DNA of 64,000 bases from Octopus bimaculoides (taxonomy: Eukaryota): positions 9,205,751 to 9,269,750 of the forward strand of contig NC_069004.1 in NCBI RefSeq assembly GCF_001194135.2. Direction: 5' to 3'. A program made the position numbers and the translations under genes. Each line of letters begins with the position of its first letter. Position 1 is the stretch's first letter. This document shows positions 54,100 through 64,000 of the stretch, piece by piece. The notes beneath the pieces were generated by a model. The model did no database searches, was not told where the DNA came from, and saw only the letters and a list, made by a program, of their open reading frames with translations.

Positions 54100-54520
54100 T
54101 CATTTGACCTCGTAGGCTGAAGTTAGACGCACAGATAAGTTGCTGGTCGGGCAAGGAACATTGCTTGCTGAGACAGGAGCCGACGTCTTTTTATATATCT
54201 CTCATGGCATGCCCTGAGGAGCTGCATGTGCCAACTGGCTTGGAAGTTGTTTGTTGCCTTGGAGGTTGTGCCACTTGGTCTGGTCAGACGTAGGACGTCG
54301 GCTCTCTTCAAGACCCTTGTGTTTGGAGTCTGCAAGGACCAGTCAACATTCAGAAAGCGTTTCAGGCGTTTCTGATGGAAGTATTCAAAGACCCTTACAT
54401 GATGCCTGTAAAGATTCATATTTCACAGGAGTAGAGGAGCGACGGCACATACAAGCACGGTACACACCAACTTTTGTTCGCCTTGATGGTACCATGCTGG
54501 GATCAGACACGAGACTCAAG
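54100..54520 (-). mobile_element. RTE-clade LINE reverse transcriptase C-terminal fragment
   Basis: TKVGVYRAC...LLYSCE...LYRHHVRVFEYFHQKRLKRFLNVDW...PNTRVLKRA. Confidence 0.8.
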
Positions 54521-55155
54521 AGCCCCGAAAGAATCAGTTACCATCTGAAGCCTTAAACATATTTTATCCTCTATGAAGCAAGAATGGCTGAGTGTGCTGC
54601 CCATGTAGACAAACTTGTACTTCTAATACTGTTCCTTCAACTAAGATAGATGGTTTCGCATATGTTTCCTGGCGCAGGCTGCAGCGTTACAACAGTTCAG
54701 GCTAATGCTAAGTCCAAACGTTTTACAAGATGCAGAAATATGACCCATAGGTCATATTTCTTCATCTGTGGGGGGAAAAAAACTAGGTTGCAATCATCCA
54801 CATAAAGGAGGTCACAAAAACAAAACACACAAAAAAACAGAGACAGAAAACTGTCGAATTGGCAGGAAACCGACGAAAGTTAAAGAGACGGCCAGAAGAT
54901 CGATACCTCACTTATATCCCAGAAGAGCAATCCACAGTAAAGGATTGTGTGAGAGAAACTGCAAAATATAAGGAAAAGAGAGTTGGGGCAAGGATGTCAC
55001 CTTGCTTGGCACCATTCTCTACATGACACCGATATTGACCCATGCCTGCATCCCATCATGAAATGATTTAGCTATCGATACACAGTCATATGTATGTATG
55101 TATGTATACATACGCGCATGTATAATATTATATCTTCCCTTTCTCCCCTCTGTTG

Positions 55156-55197
<42 letters not shown>

Positions 55198-55559
55198 NNN
55201 NNNNNNNNNNNNNNNNNNNNNNNNNNNNNNNNNNNNNNNNNNNNNNNNNNNNNNNNNNNNNNNNNNNNNNNNNNNNNNNNNNNNNNNNNNNNNNNNNNNN
55301 NNNNNNNNNNNNNNNNNNNNNNNNNNNNNNNNNNNNNNNNNNNNNNNNNNNNNNNNNNNNNNNNNNNNNNNNNNNNNNNNNNNNNNNNNNNNNNNNNNNN
55401 NNNNNNNNNNNNNNNNNNNNNNNNNNNNNNNNNNNNNNNNNNNNNNNNNNNNNNNNNNNNNNNNNNNNNNNNNNNNNNNNNNNNNNNNNNNNNNNNNNNN
55501 NNNNNNNNNNNNNNNNNNNNNNNNNNNNNNNNNNNNNNNNNNNTATATATATATATATT

Positions 55560-56241
55560 TATATAGTAACGGGGGGAAGGGAGGAAGATACAATATGAGT
55601 GAAGAAAAAAAGAGATATAAAAAGGAAAAACAAAAATATAGATTGAAAAAAAGGAAGTAGAAGAGAGTATTGAAGAGAAATGTAAGAAGCAGACGATAAG
55701 GCGTCATAATAAAACGGAATGTAAATAGAAAAGATGGAATTAATAAGAGAGAAAACGAAGGAGAAAACCTAAAAGAGCAACTAGAAAATGATTTATGAAA
55801 GAACAGCTGTGATAGAATAGCAATGTGATGAAGAGAAAATATAACAAGAAATGAAGAAGAGGGGAAGAAAAAAGGAAAATGAAAGTAGCTTTCGTCTTCT
55901 TTCTTTTTATGTTGTAATCTTTAAAGGAAGTGTAGTAGTGAAAGAGAAGGAAAGATGCGTCTTTAGGTCAGAGATAGAGGGAGATAAGCTGTGTCTTTTT
56001 TAGGGAGAAATAGTAGAAGAAAGAAGGAGAAAGCTCGATTTTTTAAAGGTAAAAATAGTAGGTATAGGGTAGGAGATAAGATACATCTATTTGGGAGAAA
56101 TGGTGGCAAAATAGAGAACATAAGATAAATCTTTAGAGAGGAGTGCAGAGAAACAAGGAAGGTCACATCTTTCAAAGGGAAAGGAGAAAGTAAAAGCAGA
56201 TTGTCTCTTTCTCTCTCTCTCTCCGTCCCTTCCTCCCCCTC

Positions 56242-56296
<55 letters not shown>

Positions 56297-56470
56297 GTCT
56301 ATCTATCTATCTGTCTGTCTATCTATCAAGAGAGACAAGCAGATTTACAGAGAGAGGGAATGAAAAAAAAGAAAATGAAGCTTCAGATGGGGGCTTAAGA
56401 AAAAACAAAAACGGGATGTTGTCTAGGGAAAAGGCTATGGTAACAGAGAAAAGAGGAAACATGAGATAGG

Positions 56471-56532
<62 letters not shown>

Positions 56533-58020
56533 AACAAAGAGGAGAGAAAATAGGAAAAAAGAAAGCGAAAGTACGAAAAAAGATGAATATAGTGGCGATA
56601 GGAAAGACGGAGAATAAAAGAGAAAAGGAAATAGTGAAGGGGTTGTGTGAAGTAAAGTGCTCAAGAAAAGAAAAGGTACCGTTTAAAAGGGAGAAAGAAG
56701 TGGGGAATGATAAGAAATCAGAAGAAAGGTCAGAAATTTAAAGAAAATATCGAGAAGGGAGTAAAGAGAGACAGGAAGTAATAGAACTTCAAAGAGATGA
56801 GGGAGAGAAAGGGATAAGAAAAATGTAAGAAAAATACTGGAGAAAAATAATGATCAATGTGAAAGAAGGAGGAGAATATACAGGTGTGTGGTAGTAGGAG
56901 GAGAGAGAAAAGAGAGAGTGTGTAAGAGTGAGAGTGAGGGAAAGTGAAAGTGAAAGAGTAATTGAAACATTGTGGATGCTGTGAGAGAGAAAAAGCTGGA
57001 GTGAACGAAAGGAAAAGAAAGATTAAAATAATTGGGGGTAATCAAGTAGAAATGTGAAACGAAAGGAAGGACTGGGGAAATGAGAAGTAGAGAATGATAA
57101 GATGGTGTTGAAAGAGGGGGGAGTGTGAGATAAGAGAGAATGGTAGAGGAGAGGAAGATGTAGTAGGGAGAGATTGAGAAAAATTAAGGGGTTAAGATGA
57201 GAGCGTGAGCAATCATAGTTGAAGAGTCGAGAGATGGAAGAAGAATTAGAAAGAAAAGAGAGCGGCCAGGAAGATATTTTGCGGGGGAAAAGAGTGAAAG
57301 GGAGGGAGAAATGTTAGCGAGAGAGTAGGAGGAAGTGTAGCAGCGGAGTGGGGGGGTAGAAAAGAAAGAGTAAGTGTGAGAGGGAAATGAAGAGAAAGAG
57401 CTGTAGTGGTGGTGGTAGGATGTGCGAAAGGGGGAGGCGAAGAGAGAAGAGAAGAGGAAGGGGATGAAATGAGAGAGAGAGAACAGCAGCGTGAAAAGAA
57501 AGGTGCAAGAGTGGAAAGGGAGGGTGGAGACGAAAAGAGAAAAGAAAGGAGAGAGAGAAGTTGAGGGAAGGAGAAAAGGAGATAGAGGTAGAGAGAAGGT
57601 AGGTGGAGAGAAGAAGAGGGATTGAGAGGCAGAGAGGAAGAGACTGGGAGAGAGAGGGAAAAAAGAGGTAAGAAAATGAGGGAGAGGGGAGAGAGAAAGA
57701 GAGAGTGAGATTGTGTACATCGTTGTGCGCGCGCGTGTCTGTGTGTGTGTGTATTTGTGTGTGTGTGTGCAAACGAAGAAGAAGAAGAGTAGCCGGGATT
57801 GTAGGATAAGCAAGATGATGAAGTAGGAGGAAGGGGAGGTAATAAAGCGCAAGAAAAAGGAGGAGGAGGCTGAAAGAGTGGCGAAAAATAGAAAGGGGGA
57901 GATAGAAGAGAGAGAGAAACACAGACGGTAAGAGAGACAGAGAGAGAGAGAGGGTAATGGTATAGAAAGGATGGCTTTATTTGAAAGCCTCTCTCCTCTG
58001 TAGTAGTTAACAAGATGGAA
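55560..58020 (+). repeat. Purine-rich low-complexity tract with embedded (GA)n, (TATC)n and (GACA)n
   Basis: The + strand is mostly A/G over about 2.4 kb; it yields spurious F/S/L-rich ORFs on the minus strand. Confidence 0.85.
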
Positions 58021-58476
58021 CAACGTCTACATCCCTGCATCGGATAGCTCCTTGTTTTATTTTTCCTCCTTCTTTCCCCCCCTTTTTTTTTAACCAAACA
58101 CCATTCTGTGATGACATGTCTCTCTACATTTCCCCTCTATTGACGCCAAACCGTGCACGCAAGGAAACGTTGCACTTTACCAATGTATGTACGTACCACT
58201 ATTATTACTATTATTGTTATTAGTAGTTCAATTATTATTAACGTTAGTATTAATATTATTAATATTTATTAGCATGATAATTGTCTTTACTGTTGGTTGA
58301 CGTCAAAAAGCATGCTTTTAGTTTAAGATTCAATGAACTATATGCTTATACATATATACCTGTGTATATATTTATTACTATGCATGTTTATACGTTTGTA
58401 TGTATGTGTGTGTTTGTGTAATAATATGACAGGCATACACACGCTATATCCTTGCCTGTATCAATATAACGCACCC

Positions 58477-58529
<53 letters not shown>

Positions 58530-59394
58530 TAAACACATGTATACACAAGCTCACATTACACGAATATACGTAAAGAAACACATACACAGGCACGCTCACA
58601 CACAAAGACACACAGGGACACTCATACATATTGTTAAATTATTGTTGTTTACTTCATACATTAAATTCTCTTTATAATTATGTTTTGATAAATTTCGAAC
58701 ACAAAGCTACATCACAGCCGAATTATTATTATTATTATTATTATTAACAGTGTTGTTGTTGTCATTATTATTATTATTATTATTATTATTTACCTTTCTT
58801 GTATCAAAAAAGAAAGATAATTAAAAAAAAAAAGATCGCCTTTCGTAATTATAATCACGGTATCTCTTGTGTTCTTCCGTTTATCTATTTTTTTTTTCCA
58901 GTTGTCTTCCCTACCAGGCACGCTAGTAACCCCCATCTATACACTTACATGCATATACATACATACATACAGCCACAGACATACATATCGACATATGTAT
59001 GTACATAGGTATTAATTATATATGCATATGGATATGTATTTATGTATTTACAAATGCGCGCGTGTGTGTGTGTCGTGCGTATGCTCGCACCGAGGTCAAC
59101 ATTGCTCTGCGCATTACCGTGATCGATAAAATAAATTATGAGTCCACGTTGCTGGATTGATATAGATGTTATAGCGATAGAATCAAACCCTAGAAGGTAT
59201 TTGTTCTGGGTCATTACGTTCGGGGTTCGTCTGCCATGAACCCTAGGGTCAAACTGTTTCGGTGCCTACGTTCTCCTTTGGTTGGCACGGAATGGAGAGA
59301 CTTACTTGCTGAATAGATAACGAATAGTGTTCCATATTATTTCTTGGACAGAAATGAGCCATGGTGAGGAATTTTTGGCGGGGGTCTCTTGAAT

Positions 59395-59700
59395 TCCCTT
59401 ACCACATGGGGAAAAGGATCTTCTATACCGCATAGGAAAGGAACTTCCTCTTTACCTCGTGAAATGGGATCTCCAATGCTGCATGGGAAACAAAATCCAA
59501 TTCCACATTGGAAAGGAATTTCCAAACCACATGGGAGAGGAACTTCCGTGCCTCATGATAAAGGAATATCTTCCATGCCACATGGAAAAGAGCACCCATG
59601 CGTTATTGGAAAGAAACTGCCAAACCACATGAAAATGATACTTCTTCCAGACTATACTCAGAAGGAAGGAACTCTCATAGCACATGGGAAAAGAGAAGGG
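59395..59700 (+). repeat. Degenerate 24/27-bp tandem repeat (CCACATGGGAAAGGAACTTCC-like)
   Basis: About 7-9 units; the central units are 24 or 27 nt long and read PHxKG(T/I)S. Confidence 0.7.
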
Positions 59701-60509
59701 TATTTTTTCCCGACATTTTTTGTCTTGTATTCCTGTATTTTTTCATAGAATTACAATTCTGAAAGAGTTTCTTCCGTCCCCACACAACAAATTTCAATTC
59801 TTTTTTACATTCTGGTCCTCGCCATTCTTCCATTTCCGTATATTCTTCCTTTTCCGTGAGGTATGGGAATTCGGATTGTCAGTTCTTTCCAAAACTCCAC
59901 AGAATTTTCCTATTGTAAGGTACATGGGCACGGAGGTCTTAGTAAGAATGTGTGTGTGTGTGTGTTTGCGTGATTGACTCTCTAATACTATGTGGTTTGT
60001 GTGTGTGTGTATTTGTGATTGAATGTGCGTGTGTGTGTGAGTCATTCTTTCGGTTTATGATCACAAATTGAAAGTGTAAAATTATCGCAACCAACTGGCA
60101 ATAATTTGGAAAAAATTAAAAAATAAAAATTAAAAAATTTTTGAAATAAAATAAACAAAATGAAGTGTGGTGCCTATTCGACTGGACATAACTGAAATCG
60201 TGTCAATATTTCCACTTTCACTTTGTGATCATAACCCGAAAGAGTGTTGTTTGTGTGTGTGTGTGTATTTGCAAATACATTTTGAAAAAAAAAACCGAGT
60301 AAAGAGAGTAGTCACTGATAAAAGCAGAGGAATATATGTTATATTTTATCGATGGCTGGATCTTCACAAAACATTCCAATTACCCGTTTTTCAATTTTCA
60401 GCCGATATATATATATTAAAAGAAAGAAAAAAAACGACAAAACATGAGGAAGATATTTAAAAGATAAACATAAGAGTGTGTGGCGTAACCATGTGTATGG
60501 ATGTCTGTA

Positions 60510-61470
<961 letters not shown>

Positions 61471-61632
61471 ATGAACAAGTCTGCATATTCTATATCGTTT
61501 TAATTATTGCTAATATATATATATATATGGAGAGAGAGATGGATGGCTGGGTAGACATAAATGAATAGATAGATCGACAGATATCTATCTATATATATAT
61601 ATATATCTCTGCAGAAAATAATTTCTGCTATA

Positions 61633-61703
<71 letters not shown>

Positions 61704-61720
61704 AGATAGATAGATAGATA

Positions 61721-61872
61721 CACTAGCGTAGCTAGAGTGTACCGCCCGGGGTGACCCTTTAGTTGGCGCCCCCGGGAACCCATAAAAATGCATATTGCCT
61801 ACAGCAGACCCAAAAGTGGTGCCGCCGCTATTAATCTGTTGCCCGGGGTGGAGCGCCCCCTCTAGCTACGAT
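61721..61872. mobile_element. GC-rich hAT-like MITE
   Basis: Inverted ends CGTAGCTAGAG / CTCTAGCTACG; internal GCCCGGGGTG occurs twice. Confidence 0.5.
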
Positions 61873-62489
61873 GGTAGGTAGGTTGATAGATAGATAGATA
61901 GATACGGTTTCTTGTTTTTGTCCTAGACACCTTTGTGTCTCATGTGAATTTCAGATGTATGTATGTATGTATGTTCTTTTTTACTTCTTAATTTAGAATA
62001 GATTTTGACCGGCCATTTGCTTGGCAGCAAGATTGTAGACGAAAGTAACTTGCTATGTTCATCATCCTTTAAATCTTAAGGTCTCGCAGACTTTTATAGT
62101 CCCAGATATTGTGATCATTTGTCGAGTATCAAGTAAGGAGATGTGTGTGTGTGTATTTTCTTTGAGTTTTATTTAAGCTTTTCTTAAGAGAGTCCAAAGC
62201 TGGTCGCTAACAAAGCGACAAGACTTATTGAGTTACGTGTGTTCCCGGTGTTTGTAAATATGAGTTGATTTGTTGGTTGAACTATCGATGCATATAAAAC
62301 GAAGTCTGTGCATCTATTCGCATAAAAAAACTTCATTTGGAGAATTTATGAAATGTCTTACAAATCTTCCTGTGCCACCAATAGAGAATCCGCCGAGTAT
62401 TCCTAGGTTTTTGTACAAATTTGTTGGTACATAACGTAATGCACCCATGCGGATGTGTGAGTTTGTGTGTGTGTGTTTAGGTATGCAAT

Positions 62490-62690
62490 TTGGTTTCAAA
62501 TTTTGGTACAAGGCTAGCAATTTTAGGGGAAGGGTTAAGTCGATTACATCCTCATCATCTGGTACTTATTTTATCGACCCCAGAACGATGAAAGACAAAG
62601 TCGACCTCGACGGAATTTGAACTCAGAATGTGAAGACAAAATGCCGACAAGGATTTTTTTGCACGGCGTGCTAACGATTCTGCCAGCTCG
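62490..62690 (-). mobile_element. SINE family B copy
   Basis: Reverse complement of GAGCTGGCAGAATCGTTAGC...GAGTTCAAATTCC...GGGGTCGATAAAATAAGTACCAG. Confidence 0.85.
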
Positions 62691-63002
62691 TCGCTTTATG
62701 TGTGTAATTTGATGTGTGGATGAACAGGCTGTTACCTTCACATTAGATTGAATAGATAATAGACAAGACATACATTTACAATCCGGTCATTCAAACATAC
62801 ATCGGTATGTTGAATGATATATTGTTAAATGAATGCCTCATATGTATGTTACGCTTGTATGTCATATGTTTGTATGTATTTATCGGTGTATCTATTCGTT
62901 AAGATTTAAGTTCTATGTTGACCGCAAGTCGTTCGCTAACAAAATGACAAGGTTTCTTTGTTTGAGTCAAGGCAGTTCCAAGGATTTGTGTATGGGTTTA
63001 TA

Positions 63003-63036
<34 letters not shown>

Positions 63037-63181
63037 GATATACTTGCACTCGTGTAATGAGTGCACATGTCTCGTTACTGAACGAGTGTGTGATTATTTT
63101 TGTATATGCATGCAATATGTACATATGTGATTACATATAAATATATATATATTATGTACATATAAACATATATACATACGC

Positions 63182-63218
<37 letters not shown>

Positions 63219-63759
63219 AATGTACACACACACACACAGCCACACACACATATTTATCTTAAATGAGACATTCTTGGAATGTTTTAGAAATGTCCACTGT
63301 ACCACTATGAATCGATATGTATATAACATGTGTACCTAATGTATGTATACAAGCGTTCGTGAATGTATTTATGAATATATGTACATGTGTTTTAATATCT
63401 GTGCATATAAACATATATAAACGTGTTCCTCTGTGACCATGTGCTCGCGCGCGCGTGTGTATGTTTGTGTGTGTGTGTGTGTTTGTGTGCCTCGTGGCCG
63501 GGAAGTAGCATCAGGTTTCACCAAGTACCAATATTCCAGTCAAAGAAATACAAATGAAACTAACCTTTCCCTTACTTGTCTGCCTTCTGCCTGTCTTTGT
63601 CTGCCTCTCTCTCATTCATTCTCTCTCACATTCCCTCTCTCGCCATATATTTCTCCACTAATACTGCCACCGGACCATGAGGACACCTCTAGGTCAGTTT
63701 TGGGAAGCCTTTTTTTGAGAATCGGACCACACGAGACATGGCTCGTTATCAGGTAGGCT

Positions 63760-64000
63760 GCACCACTTACAAAAATTGAAGATAATTCTTCGTTAGGCGA
63801 GTCATTCAGAAATTCCTGCAGGCTGCAATTTACCCATAACTGTTCTAGATGGTCGTTGACCGTCTATAGCAGAAATTACCACCATACCGTCTTTGTGGAA
63901 AATATCCCATCAATACTGCACAGATGATGTTGGTATCAATTTTAAAATCCACCCAAGACTTGGAATCTTTTTGATTTGGCGGGCACCACTTGTTTTCTTA
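63760..64000 (-). mobile_element. Possible highly decayed Tc1/Tc3-like transposase
   Basis: Piecewise KQVV...KRF, QY-WD and RRYGG resemble WKQVVFSDEKKF...QYYWHD...RRxGGG; needs several frameshifts. Confidence 0.3.

Noticed and set aside
57184-58097. 200-280 aa F/S/L-rich minus-strand ORFs
   Set aside because: A by-product of the purine-rich tract, which has few stop codons on the pyrimidine strand

Overview
Eukaryotic, AT-rich, microsatellite- and SINE-dense draft genomic sequence with many N gaps. The repeat families look like an octopod cephalopod; this is an inference and was not checked against a database. The one recognisable gene is a + strand nicotinate phosphoribosyltransferase (NAPRT). 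I could splice 13 GT-AG exons by hand into one continuous frame from 8694 to the stop at 34350. The first coding exon was not found in the window, and one conserved internal exon of about 24 codons is missing and probably lies in the gap at 31022-31898. The rest is repeats: at least four SINE-like families, TTAA-flanked and hAT MITEs, decayed mariner/Tc1 transposases, and fragments of RTE, R4/Dong-, HERO- and CRE-like retroelements. The most unusual signal is a small element present twice (27.4-27.7 kb and 39.7-39.9 kb). Both copies share the same 3' end, and each has a near-perfect 74-76 bp fold-back at its 5' end. One fold-back has a minimal hammerhead ribozyme core at its apex and the other has a 13-bp target-site duplication, which suggests a Penelope-like pLTR family. 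Other points of interest are a head-to-tail array of about 10-12 SINEs, a CpG-decay boundary near 40 kb, an LTR-like repeat with heat-shock elements next to a TATA box, an RFX/M-box motif cluster upstream of NAPRT, and a frame-preserving PHGKG-like repeat.
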